Positions 1 through 8,652 of a stretch of 64,000 nucleotides of DNA are shown here, piece after piece. This stretch comes from an uncultured archaeon (GTDB lineage Archaea; Altiarchaeota; Altiarchaeia; IMC4; CAZEGI01). The translations under genes were made by a program, and so were the position numbers. The stretch is taken from NCBI GenBank assembly GCA_964512105.1, contig CAZEGI010000002.1, forward strand, positions 15,125 to 79,124. The letters run 5' to 3'. Under the pieces are notes generated by a model, which had not been told where the DNA came from, searched no databases, and worked only from the letters and a program-made list of their open reading frames with translations. Every line of letters starts with the position of its first letter. Position 1 is the stretch's first letter.

Positions 1-87
1 AAAGAAAGTGTTCTATCCCCAAGAAAGAAGGGACGGAATGGGTCTCACGTTATCTGCATGTCCTGGGTTCAAATCCCAGCGGGGGCT
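1..87 (+). tRNA. 3' portion of a tRNA-like sequence (T-arm ctggg-ttcaaat-cccag, acceptor 3' strand cgggggc, discriminator t). The matching 5' acceptor strand is not found in-window, so this is either a tRNA whose 5' end (possibly with intron) lies upstream of the window, or a tRNA 3' fragment.
   Basis: Canonical T-stem/loop GGGTTCAAATCCC followed by a 7-nt acceptor strand at 62-87. gcccccg is absent from 1-60. Confidence 0.35.
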
Positions 88-134
88 AACCTTTTTCTTT
101 CTTATATACCCTATCAACAGTTTATTTAATCCAG

Positions 135-1151
135 ATGAAAATCAAACAGATTGTAAACAGAAAGTTCGTGGACGAACTCTACAGGGAGGGTTTTTTGTAC
201 TCCGAGTTCGGGCAGTACGAGCGTAAAGTACATAAAACAAAGATATTCAAGGTTCCATTCGACCCGAAATTCACGTGCCCTAATTGGGATGGCCGCTTGG
301 GGGACAACGGATGTGCGTTTTGCCCTGATTCCGCACGGCAGTTCACGTACGAGAGCTTCAGGGGAGTGCGTGACAAGAGCCTGAAAGAACAGCTTAAGCA
401 TCAGATTTCATATTACCAGAAAAAAGGCGCAGGCGAAAAGGCGCTGGTTTACATTGCATTCGGAACGAACACGTACAGGCCGGTAAAGGATTTGAAGAAA
501 ATTTTTGACAGTGCGCTGAAACACAAGGATGTTATTGGTTTGTCAATAGGGACGAGGCCGGATTGTTTACCTGATGAAGTTCTCGATTTGCTTGGGAGTT
601 ATGTAAAGAATGGATACGAAATCTGGCTGGAAATCGGTCAGCAGACCGTGCATTTCCACACGCTCGATGAAGTGGGCAGACGGCACGGTTTTGCTGAAAG
701 CATTCGCGTTGTGGACGAGGTGCATGAGCGCGGGATTTACGTTTTGTTTTTCAACATTCTCGGGCTGCCGAACGAAACGCCAAGCGAGATGGTCGAAACC
801 GCAAGGATTTTGTCCGCGTTGGGCGTCGATGCGGTGAAACTCTATCCGCTGATAGTCATGAAGAAAACACGAATTGCGAATGACTACCTTGGCGGGAAAT
901 ACCGCCCCCTCGGCTTTCGGGAATACACAAACCTCATAGCGGACTTCCTCGAGCACCTGTCACCGTATGTCCTCATCCAAAGGCTTTCAAAGGACTGCGG
1001 CCTTGAAACGAAACTTGCGCCCGGCTGGAACACCTACCGGAACATCGTCACGCCCATGGTCGAGCGCGAACTCAAAAAAAGGAGCAGCAGGCAGGGAAGC
1101 AGATTCAAACTGACACTTACGGCAGAAGAGTTAAAACCACTAAATGGATGA
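135..1151 (+). CDS. Radical SAM protein, TIGR01212/YhcC-like family
   Basis: 338-aa ORF with Cys cluster CPNWDGRLGDNGCAFC near the N-terminus and a TIM-barrel-like rSAM core. Preceded by a short intergenic region after the tRNA-like sequence. Confidence 0.65.
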   Translation: MKIKQIVNRKFVDELYREGFLYSEFGQYERKVHKTKIFKVPFDPKFTCPNWDGRLGDNGCAFCPDSARQFTYESFRGVRDKSLKEQLKHQISYYQKKGAGEKALVYIAFGTNTYRPVKDLKKIFDSALKHKDVIGLSIGTRPDCLPDEVLDLLGSYVKNGYEIWLEIGQQTVHFHTLDEVGRRHGFAESIRVVDEVHERGIYVLFFNILGLPNETPSEMVETARILSALGVDAVKLYPLIVMKKTRIANDYLGGKYRPLGFREYTNLIADFLEHLSPYVLIQRLSKDCGLETKLAPGWNTYRNIVTPMVERELKKRSSRQGSRFKLTLTAEELKPLNG

Positions 1152-1189
1152 ATTATATATTTTTAAATAGAGTAACCTAATACATACTT

Positions 1190-1588
1190 ATGCCAATCAG
1201 CAACAACGGTAGATGTATCTGGAACAAGGCTTCGACTAGCAATACCACAGGTGGTAAGTCATTCCCGAGTAACAGGCCTGGAAGTAAGTCAAATGGCTCC
1301 TCTTTTTTGTCGAGGCTCGCCACTTCCACTGGGGCCATGCAGCGGTCCTACCCATCCACCGGTTCTTCAAAGGAGGCCGCTGAGTGCATCAAGAGGCTGC
1401 AGTGGTTTGAGACTGCGTTCAGGAAGGAAGGTGAACAGATCGCCAAGCAGCAGATAAACCTGACCTCGGTCATGAGGAAGATTTCGAACATGACCCTCGA
1501 CCAGGAGATAAGCGCCTCTGCAAAAAAGCAGCTGATGCAGATAAACCAGGAGCTCGCGGAGATAGACAAGGCACTCAGGGAACACTAG
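1190..1588 (+). CDS. Hypothetical small protein; low-complexity Ser/Thr/Gly-rich N-terminal part and coiled-coil C-terminal part. The true start may be the internal ATG at 1337.
   Basis: Only long ORF in a 450-bp gap. AT-rich TATA-like sequence at ~1155-1170. No recognisable family. Confidence 0.3.
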   Translation: MPISNNGRCIWNKASTSNTTGGKSFPSNRPGSKSNGSSFLSRLATSTGAMQRSYPSTGSSKEAAECIKRLQWFETAFRKEGEQIAKQQINLTSVMRKISNMTLDQEISASAKKQLMQINQELAEIDKALREH

Positions 1589-1857
1589 TTATGCAGTTTT
1601 TTGTAGAATCTGGGAAGACATTTTTTAAATGTCTTATCCAGATCCCTATCCTCCATGAGCATTAACTCGAGGCACAGAACAACTAAATCTGCGGTTTCGA
1701 CAGCCCAGTGCTCGTCTTTGCTTTCATAAAGATGCTCAATCTCCTCGGCATGTTTTTTGATAAAGTCGAGGATTATCTTTTTATCTTTATTTTTCTTTAT
1801 TGACAGTTCCGTTATAGTCCGAACTTCGTTCAAAAAATCATCTGTGAGGACTTTCAT
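1585..1857 (-). CDS. MazG-like nucleotide pyrophosphohydrolase (small all-alpha NTP-PPase)
   Basis: 90 aa with an EExxE...E...ADLVVLCLEL motif pattern typical of MazG/HisE-like NTP pyrophosphatases. Confidence 0.45.
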   Translation of the reverse strand: MKVLTDDFLNEVRTITELSIKKNKDKKIILDFIKKHAEEIEHLYESKDEHWAVETADLVVLCLELMLMEDRDLDKTFKKCLPRFYKKLHN

Positions 1858-2263
1858 GTTTCTTGTTGTTGGAATTCCTTATCTCCGAACATATCTGGCA
1901 CGGAAGCGGCCCCTTTATGTGTTCGTCGTAAGACCACTTCTTTCCCCACTCCCGCATGCAGTCTATCAGTTTTTCCAGTTCCTTGCCCTTCTTCGTTATC
2001 GTGTATTCGACCCTCACTGGAACTTCATCCGAGTAAACCTTACGGTTCAGGAGGCCCTCGGCGACCATCTCCTGCAATCTGGCAGAGAGCACCTTCGGCG
2101 TTATCTCGTACAATGATTTCAAAATTTCGTTGTATCTGTGCGTCCTGCCCCTGCATTGAAATTCCCGGAGTATCAGGAGGGTCCATTTCTTACCTACAAT
2201 CTCAAGAGTCCTGTGGACGGGACAGTAGTTCTCCAGCTCCGCCTTGCTTATGTTGCTTTCCAT
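1838..2263 (-). CDS. HxlR-family winged-helix transcriptional regulator
   Basis: CPVHRTLEIVGKKWTLLILREF signature of HxlR/MarR-like HTH. 141 aa. Confidence 0.75.
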   Translation of the reverse strand: MESNISKAELENYCPVHRTLEIVGKKWTLLILREFQCRGRTHRYNEILKSLYEITPKVLSARLQEMVAEGLLNRKVYSDEVPVRVEYTITKKGKELEKLIDCMREWGKKWSYDEHIKGPLPCQICSEIRNSNNKKHESPHR

Positions 2264-2330
2264 GCTATCTGATTGGAAACCAGTATATTTATATAAGTAA
2301 CTATCCTATTTATAGTTTACAGGTGAAAAA

Positions 2331-2579
2331 ATGCGCGGATTGAAGTGCGGAGAATGCGGCAAGAAAATTACTGGGGGTTTTTTGGAGTCGAATATTGACA
2401 AAACCGTTGTGTGTTCAAGGAAATGTGCGGACAAATACAGCGAGAAGTTGCCGTACAAAGGTAAGCCGATTGACCATTATTCGAGGATAACCGGTTACTA
2501 CCAGAACATCAGCGGCTGGAACAAGGGCAAGCTTGCGGAGCTGAGGGACAGGAAGAGGTACAACCTCAAGGACGAATAA
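2331..2579 (+). CDS. Small zinc-ribbon protein carrying an NrdD-type glycyl-radical C-terminal motif (stand-alone class III RNR C-terminal module)
   Basis: CGECG...CSRKC zinc ribbon followed by SRITGYYQNISGWNKGKLAELRDRKRY, which matches the RxxGY...N.GK..E...R glycyl-radical tail of anaerobic ribonucleotide reductases. TATA-like tttatata at ~2298. Confidence 0.55.
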   Translation: MRGLKCGECGKKITGGFLESNIDKTVVCSRKCADKYSEKLPYKGKPIDHYSRITGYYQNISGWNKGKLAELRDRKRYNLKDE

Positions 2580-2821
2580 TGGCCTCAAAAAAACCGCTTG
2601 GCGTTGACGGATGCCCCGGCGCGGACGATATCAAAAGACCAAAACCCGAGCTAAGAACATGCCCGGGATGCGGTTCCGAAATCGAAATATGGAGTGACGA
2701 GGAAAACGCAAATTGCGGAAAATGCGGAAAAACAGTATACAACGACAGGAATCTATGCGTTCAGTGGTGCGAGCATGTGGAAAAATGCATCGGGAACACA
2801 AAAAACAGCAAAAAACCGTAA
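2579..2821 (+). CDS. Small Cys-rich zinc-ribbon protein, hypothetical
   Basis: 80 aa with CPGCG...CGKCG plus CVQWCEHVEKC. The start overlaps the stop of the preceding ORF (ATGGCC after TAA), which suggests co-transcription. Confidence 0.4.
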   Translation: MASKKPLGVDGCPGADDIKRPKPELRTCPGCGSEIEIWSDEENANCGKCGKTVYNDRNLCVQWCEHVEKCIGNTKNSKKP

Positions 2822-2883
2822 AGTAGCCATTTTTAAAGGGTGCCGCCTTATATTTAAGTCCTCGTTCTTTTATGGTGGTTGGA

Positions 2884-3036
2884 ATGGGAAAATTTAAGGT
2901 TGTTGACGGTAACAAGGTCGTTACCTTTGAGACAGGGTCTCACTCGGAGGACGTGGAGTTAATGCGCAAACTCCTGGGTGAGGGTAAAAAATTCACTTAC
3001 GAGAAGTTCGGTAAAACGATGGCTTATGGGGGCTAA
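2884..3036 (+). CDS. 50-aa hypothetical protein (MGKFKVVDGNKVVTFETGSHSEDVELMRKLLGEGKKFTYEKFGKTMAYGG), below the ORF-track size cutoff
   Basis: Clean ATG..TAA ORF in an otherwise empty 245-bp gap. No homology recognised. Confidence 0.25.
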   Translation: MGKFKVVDGNKVVTFETGSHSEDVELMRKLLGEGKKFTYEKFGKTMAYGG

Positions 3037-3066
3037 GTATTTTTACCCCCTCTTGTAATTTCTATC

Positions 3067-3840
3067 ATGGCAGATTTGCTTCAGGCATTGCTTCTCGGCG
3101 TAGTGCAGGGCATTACCGAGTGGCTGCCGGTTTCGAGTTCCGGGCATCTCGTTATCGCACAACAGGTTTTTGGAATAAACGTGCCGCTGCTCTTCGACAT
3201 AGCGCTCCATGTCGGGACTTTGCTCGCGGTGGTGCTGTTTTTCCACGATGAGGTAAAAAAACTGCTGGGTTCTCTTCTGAAACTCGATTTCAGGAGCGAG
3301 TACGGGAGATTATTATTCTTTATAATACTCGCGAGCATTCCAACAGCACTTATCGGCTTTGCATTTCATGATTTATTTGAGAGTTTCTTCTCAAGTTTGC
3401 TTGCGGTCGGAATTGCGCTCGTCATTACGGGATTCATTTTGTTCATCAGTGAGAAAAAATCGGGAAACCGCGAAATCACGTTTCTGGATTCACTACTCAT
3501 CGGAATCTCCCAGGGAATCACAATAATTCCCGGAATATCGAGAAGCGGCATCACCATAAGCACGGGACTCCTGAGGGGCATCGACAGGACAAAGGCCGCG
3601 AAGTTTTCCTTCCTGCTTTCGATTCCGGCAATCATCGGGGCTGCTTTGCTGGAATACAACTGGACGGGATTCACGGGTGTTGATACTGCTGCACTTCTTG
3701 TAGGTACGGCGTCGGCTTTTGTTTCCGGTTACTTTTCAATAAAATTCCTGTTAAATCTCATCGTGCGTAAGAAATTCCACGACTTTGCGTATTACTGCTG
3801 GCTTCTCGGTTTTATCGTAGTGGTGCTTGCACTCAGATAA
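3067..3840 (+). CDS. uppP: Undecaprenyl-diphosphatase (BacA/UppP family; in archaea, dolichyl/undecaprenyl pyrophosphate phosphatase)
   Basis: GITEWLPVSSSGHL N-terminal motif and 8-TM hydrophobic profile. 257 aa. Confidence 0.9.
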   Translation: MADLLQALLLGVVQGITEWLPVSSSGHLVIAQQVFGINVPLLFDIALHVGTLLAVVLFFHDEVKKLLGSLLKLDFRSEYGRLLFFIILASIPTALIGFAFHDLFESFFSSLLAVGIALVITGFILFISEKKSGNREITFLDSLLIGISQGITIIPGISRSGITISTGLLRGIDRTKAAKFSFLLSIPAIIGAALLEYNWTGFTGVDTAALLVGTASAFVSGYFSIKFLLNLIVRKKFHDFAYYCWLLGFIVVVLALR

Positions 3841-3923
3841 TTTTTAATACAATATAAATTTGCCGGGTGAGTTACCTTTTGGAAACCTGCATGCTTTTAA
3901 GGTTTTCCTCCAATTTTTGAAAG

Positions 3924-4424
3924 ATGAAAATCACGGACATACTAAAAACCGCCATGGTTCTGGAAGAGGACGGCAGGGCGTTCTACCTGAAATGCGCTGA
4001 AAAAACTGAAAACCCGAAAGGTAAAGAGATGTTCTTGTATCTCGCGGGCGAGGAGGAGAGGCACTACAAAAAACTGGGAGGAAAATACAAGGAGCACGCG
4101 GGCAGGGCAGCGAAAATAACAGACAGCGACAGGAAAAATGTGGCGAAAAAAGAGCATGTGCATATACTGAAGAGCGTTTTTGACAGGAAGAAAATAAAGA
4201 TAAAGTCAGATATTCTCGACGCGTTGAACAAGGGCTCAGAGGCTGAACGCAAAAGTATCGAGGTTTACGGAAAATTTGAAAAATCTTCAGACGACGATGC
4301 CCTGAAGAAACTTTTCAGGTGGCTCATAAAGGAGGAGGAAAACCACCTTGCGATTCTCGAAATGGAATATGAGTTCGTTACCGAGACGGGTGAATGGCAC
4401 GATTTCGGTGTTGTAACATCATGA
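3924..4424 (+). CDS. Rubrerythrin/ferritin-like di-iron protein
   Basis: Two ExxH-type motifs (LAGEEERHY ... IKEEENHLAILE) typical of ferritin-like four-helix-bundle proteins. Confidence 0.55.
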   Translation: MKITDILKTAMVLEEDGRAFYLKCAEKTENPKGKEMFLYLAGEEERHYKKLGGKYKEHAGRAAKITDSDRKNVAKKEHVHILKSVFDRKKIKIKSDILDALNKGSEAERKSIEVYGKFEKSSDDDALKKLFRWLIKEEENHLAILEMEYEFVTETGEWHDFGVVTS

Positions 4425-4489
4425 GGTGCAAAAATGGGATGCGGCGGATGCTGCGGACCTGCTAAAAAGAAAAAGAAAAAAGCCTAAGA

Positions 4490-5065
4490 ATGTACTCAAA
4501 GAAGGTGATGGAGCACTTCCAGAATCCAAAGAATAAGGGCAGACTGGAGGATGCAGATGCTATGGGTAAGGTCGGAAACCCAGTGTGCGGCGACATAATG
4601 TACATCTACATAAAGGTCAAAGATGACAGAATCGCTGATATAAGTTTTGAGACTATGGGCTGCGCTGCTGCGATAGCCACAAGCAGCATGATAACGGAAC
4701 TTGCCAAGGGCAAGACGCTGGACGAGGCAATGAAAATCACACGCAATGACGTTGCCGACGCTCTTGATGGTCTGCCGCCCATAAAGATGCACTGCAGCAA
4801 TCTTGCGGCAGACGGGCTGCACAAGGCGATTGAAAACTACCGCTCTGGAATCAAGGAAGGTCCATCAAAGGAAGATGTGTTGAAGGAATTCCAAAAAATT
4901 CCTGGTGTGGACAAAAAAATCGCCAATCTGCTGTGGGACGCAGGTTTTATCGGCATGGACGAAGTCAGGAGAACCAGCAGCATTGAGCTGATGGGCGTGA
5001 AGGGCCTGAATGCAGAACTGATAAAAAAAATCAAGGATTATGTTGGTGGTTCCCATGACCACTGA
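4490..5065 (+). CDS. iscU: IscU/NifU-like Fe-S cluster scaffold fused to a C-terminal helix-hairpin-helix domain
   Basis: N-terminal GNPVCGD ... MGCAAAIATSS ... MHCSNLA IscU motifs. C-terminal KIPGVDKKIANLL / GVKGLNAELIKKI HhH-like repeats. Confidence 0.85.
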   Translation: MYSKKVMEHFQNPKNKGRLEDADAMGKVGNPVCGDIMYIYIKVKDDRIADISFETMGCAAAIATSSMITELAKGKTLDEAMKITRNDVADALDGLPPIKMHCSNLAADGLHKAIENYRSGIKEGPSKEDVLKEFQKIPGVDKKIANLLWDAGFIGMDEVRRTSSIELMGVKGLNAELIKKIKDYVGGSHDH

Positions 5066-6224
5066 AAGGCAGGTATATCTGGACCATGGGGCTACAACTC
5101 CCGTAGACCTCGAAGTTGTAAAGGCGATGTTACCTTATTTTACCGAAAGATTCGGCAATGCGTCAAGTTTGCATACTCCAGGAACTATCGCGAGGGAAGC
5201 GATAGAGAACGCAAGAGGCATTCTCTCAAAGTTCCTTAATTCCAAAGAGGACGAAATCATATTCACATCCAGCGGTACAGAATCCGACAACCTTGCAATA
5301 AAGGGCGCAGCGTTCAAAAACCAGGACAAGGGCAGGCACATAATAACCTCAAGCATAGAGCATCCCGCAGTATTGAAAACATGCGAATTTCTGGAGAAAC
5401 ACGGGTTTGAGGTTACATATCTACCTGTAAGCAGAGACGGTTTCGTTAGCGTTGATGACGTAAAAAAAGCAATAAGGAAAGACACCATACTCATCTCGAT
5501 AATGTACGCAAACAACGAGATAGGAACAATCCAGCCGATAGCAGAAATAGGAAAACTTGCGAGGGAAAAAGGAATCATATTCCACACGGATGCCGTGCAG
5601 GCAGTGGGCAAATTAAAGATTGACGTTGAAAAGGACAATATCGATTTACTTTCACTGTCCGGCCACAAGATTCATGGTCCAAAGGGCGTTGGTGCGTTGT
5701 ACAAAAGAAAGGAAATACAGCTGGAGCCGCTGATGCACGGTGGCGGCCACGAGTTCGGCCTGAGGTCATCAACGGAAAACGTCCCCGGAATTGTCGGTCT
5801 TGGAAAGGCCATAGAGATATGCGGCAAGAACATGAATTCGGAAATCCAGAGAATGACAAAACTGAGGGACAAGCTGATTGACGGCATACTCAGAAATATT
5901 CCTGACACGAGACTTAACGGTTCACGTAAAAATAGGCTTCCAAACAACGCGAACATAACCTTCAGCCATATCGAGGGCGAGTCAATCCTCCTGAGCCTTG
6001 ATGCAAAAGGAATTTCAGTCTCCACAGGATCTGCATGTTCGTCCAAATCGCTGAAGCCATCGCATGTCCTGCTCGCCTTGGGTCTGAAGCCAGAAGAATC
6101 CCACGGGTCGATACGCTTTACACTCGGTCGGTTTACCACTGCAGAAGACATAGACTATGTCCTTGAGACATTGCCAGAAATAGTCAAAAAACTCCGCGAC
6201 CTAAGCCCCTTTGGAAAAAAGTAA
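5055..6224 (+). CDS. iscS: Cysteine desulfurase (IscS/NifS, class V aminotransferase). The alternative ATG at 5040 overlaps iscU.
   Basis: SSLHTPG, SGHKIHGPKGVGALY (PLP-lysine) and the C-terminal active-site STGSACSS motif. Overlaps the iscU stop, consistent with translational coupling. Confidence 0.9.
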   Translation: MTTERQVYLDHGATTPVDLEVVKAMLPYFTERFGNASSLHTPGTIAREAIENARGILSKFLNSKEDEIIFTSSGTESDNLAIKGAAFKNQDKGRHIITSSIEHPAVLKTCEFLEKHGFEVTYLPVSRDGFVSVDDVKKAIRKDTILISIMYANNEIGTIQPIAEIGKLAREKGIIFHTDAVQAVGKLKIDVEKDNIDLLSLSGHKIHGPKGVGALYKRKEIQLEPLMHGGGHEFGLRSSTENVPGIVGLGKAIEICGKNMNSEIQRMTKLRDKLIDGILRNIPDTRLNGSRKNRLPNNANITFSHIEGESILLSLDAKGISVSTGSACSSKSLKPSHVLLALGLKPEESHGSIRFTLGRFTTAEDIDYVLETLPEIVKKLRDLSPFGKK

Positions 6225-8603
6225 ATTGCAGGATTCAACGTTCGATTCCCCTATCCGAAGGTTCTTTACCTTTCCCGTACCCTTGATGTCGTCCTTGACT
6301 TTTTCAACGGTCTTCTTCAATTTTGGATTTACCTGCAATGTCAGATTCTCAAGTTCACTTCCAAGTGAAAGGTTGTTCTCGGATTTGTGTTTTCTTATTT
6401 TCACTATGACGTCCCTTGCGAGTTCTCCTGCCGATTCCGCATCTTTGTTTATCATTTTTTCGTCATATTCCGGCCACTCGGAAGTTGTTGCAAGCCCGTC
6501 CTTAAACGTCTCGCCCCATATCTCATCGCATATGTGCGGCGTTATGGGTGCAAGCAGGCCGAGAATCGTCCTGAGTGTTGTGTGAAGCGTGTATTGCGCT
6601 CCCTTTCGTGAGTTTTCCCCGTAAATCTCGGGCTTGTAGAGGCGGTGTTTCACCATCTCCAGATAATCGTCAGCAAGTTCGTGCCATACAAAACTCCGGA
6701 TCTGCATTAAAGGCGTGTTGAAGACATATCTGTCAAGGTCCTCTGTGCATGTCTTTACCAGTCTCTGCAACTTCGATAAAATCCATCTGTCAGTTTCAGT
6801 TAGTTCGCCCTTCTCACCTTTGTAGTCCTCCAGATGCATGCCCATGAACCTTGATATGTTCCAAAGTTTTGTCAGGAATCTTTGCGAGTGTTCGCATTCC
6901 TCCCAGCTGAACGGATAATCATCACCCAGAGTTCCGGCAGCAGCCCACTGCCGCAGGGCGTCTGCAGAATACTTCATCAGCGGCTCTTCAGGTGAAATCA
7001 CATTGCCCAGGCTTTTGCTCATCTTTCTGCCGTCAGGGCCCGCAATCATACCATTAATCATAAGATCTTCAAAGCATCCTCTGCCTGTCAGTATTAGGTT
7101 TCTGAATATCGTGTAAAACGTCCATGTTCGTATTATTTCGTAACCCTGCGGCCTGAGCGTTGCGGGATACGTTTTCTTGAAGAAGTTTTCATCAACGCCC
7201 CAGTTCGCAATCCTCAGCGGGGTTACGGACGAATCAACCCAGCAGTCGCAGACGTCCTTTTCGCCTATTCCGTTTTTGCCGCATTTTGAGCACTTGCGTG
7301 TCGTGCCGCGCGGGTCCACAGGAAGTTCGCTCTCCTTTGCAGGCATGACATTTCCGCATCCGCATACCCAGAACGGTATCGGCGTTCCGAACACGCGCTG
7401 CCTCGAAATTATCCAGTCCCAGTTCATGGATTCTGTCCAGTCCACAAGGCGCTGGAGCATGTAGCTTGGGTACCAGTTCATGTTTCTTGAGGTTTCAACA
7501 ATCTCGTCCAAAAATTCCCGCACCTTTATGAACCACTGCTCCATCGGCAGAAGTTCTATCGGGTTCTTGCACGATTCGCGTTCCGTGTGGCATACAACGT
7601 TGTGTTTCAGCGGCTCGATTTTTCTTATCACGCCTGAATTTTCGAGGTCCTCCACAAGTTTTTTCCGCGCCTCCTCGATCTTCATCCCCTTGTACTTTCC
7701 GCACACATCCGTCATCCTTCCGTTCCCGTCTATGGCGACCACCACCGGAAGTTCGTACTTCTTCTGCCACTCGATGTCCTGCTCGTCACCGAAGGTGCAG
7801 AGATACACGACACCGGTGCCGAATTCCATGTCCACCGCGCTATCTTCAAGAATCGGAACCTCGCGGTTGAATATAGGCAGCTTCGCTTTCCTGCCTACAA
7901 ATTTTTTGTAACGAGCGTCATCGGGATGCACGAAAACCGCGACGCACGCGGGCATCATCTCCGGGCGCGTTGTGGCTATGGTGAGTTTTTTGCCGTCAGA
8001 TTCAAGGTCAAGGTGATACAGCTTACCGTCCTTTTCAACGTAACCGACCTCGGCCTTCGCAAGCGCGGTGCCGCATCTTGTGCACCACAGCACGGGGTGT
8101 TTCTCCCTGTAAAGCAGACCCTTCCCGTAAAAAATCAGCAGCGTTTTCTGGACTAGTTTCTTGTAGCTATCGTCCATCGTGCGGTAGCTGTAATCCCAGT
8201 CCGTGGAATAACCAATGGATTGAAACTGGCTCTTCATCCGCTTTATCGCGTTCTCGGTCCATTCAATGCACTTTGCCAGAAATTCCTCCCTGTTGTCCTT
8301 GCTTATCCTGAAGCCCTTTTCGACGTTCAGTTCCGTGGGCAGGCCGTGACAGTCAAAACCCTGCGGCAGGTAAACGTTAAAGCCGCGCATTCTCTTGTAC
8401 CTTGCAACGATGTCAATCCAGACGTGGTTGTAGATGTGACCCATGTGCAGCGTCCCGGACGTGAACGGCGGCGGCGTGTCTATGGAATAAACCTTCTTCG
8501 CATTCCTTACATCGAACCTGTGCGTTCCGCGTTTTTCCCATTCGTGCTGCCACTTCCCCTCGACTTCCTTTGCGTTGTAGTTTTTTGCTAAGATATCAAT
8601 CAC
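6201..8603 (-). CDS. valS: Valyl-tRNA synthetase (archaeal type). Probable GTG start at 8603; the ORF-track ATG at 8747 would overlap the divergent gene.
   Basis: PPPFTSGTLHMGH (HIGH region) and KMSKSLGNVI. N-terminal AKEVEGKWQHEWEK is typical of ValRS. Length ~800 aa. Confidence 0.9.
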   Translation of the reverse strand: MIDILAKNYNAKEVEGKWQHEWEKRGTHRFDVRNAKKVYSIDTPPPFTSGTLHMGHIYNHVWIDIVARYKRMRGFNVYLPQGFDCHGLPTELNVEKGFRISKDNREEFLAKCIEWTENAIKRMKSQFQSIGYSTDWDYSYRTMDDSYKKLVQKTLLIFYGKGLLYREKHPVLWCTRCGTALAKAEVGYVEKDGKLYHLDLESDGKKLTIATTRPEMMPACVAVFVHPDDARYKKFVGRKAKLPIFNREVPILEDSAVDMEFGTGVVYLCTFGDEQDIEWQKKYELPVVVAIDGNGRMTDVCGKYKGMKIEEARKKLVEDLENSGVIRKIEPLKHNVVCHTERESCKNPIELLPMEQWFIKVREFLDEIVETSRNMNWYPSYMLQRLVDWTESMNWDWIISRQRVFGTPIPFWVCGCGNVMPAKESELPVDPRGTTRKCSKCGKNGIGEKDVCDCWVDSSVTPLRIANWGVDENFFKKTYPATLRPQGYEIIRTWTFYTIFRNLILTGRGCFEDLMINGMIAGPDGRKMSKSLGNVISPEEPLMKYSADALRQWAAAGTLGDDYPFSWEECEHSQRFLTKLWNISRFMGMHLEDYKGEKGELTETDRWILSKLQRLVKTCTEDLDRYVFNTPLMQIRSFVWHELADDYLEMVKHRLYKPEIYGENSRKGAQYTLHTTLRTILGLLAPITPHICDEIWGETFKDGLATTSEWPEYDEKMINKDAESAGELARDVIVKIRKHKSENNLSLGSELENLTLQVNPKLKKTVEKVKDDIKGTGKVKNLRIGESNVESCNLLFSKGA

Positions 8604-8652
8604 CGGAATATCTTTATTATAGTAACGGTTTAAATAAAATACTTGAACTAAA

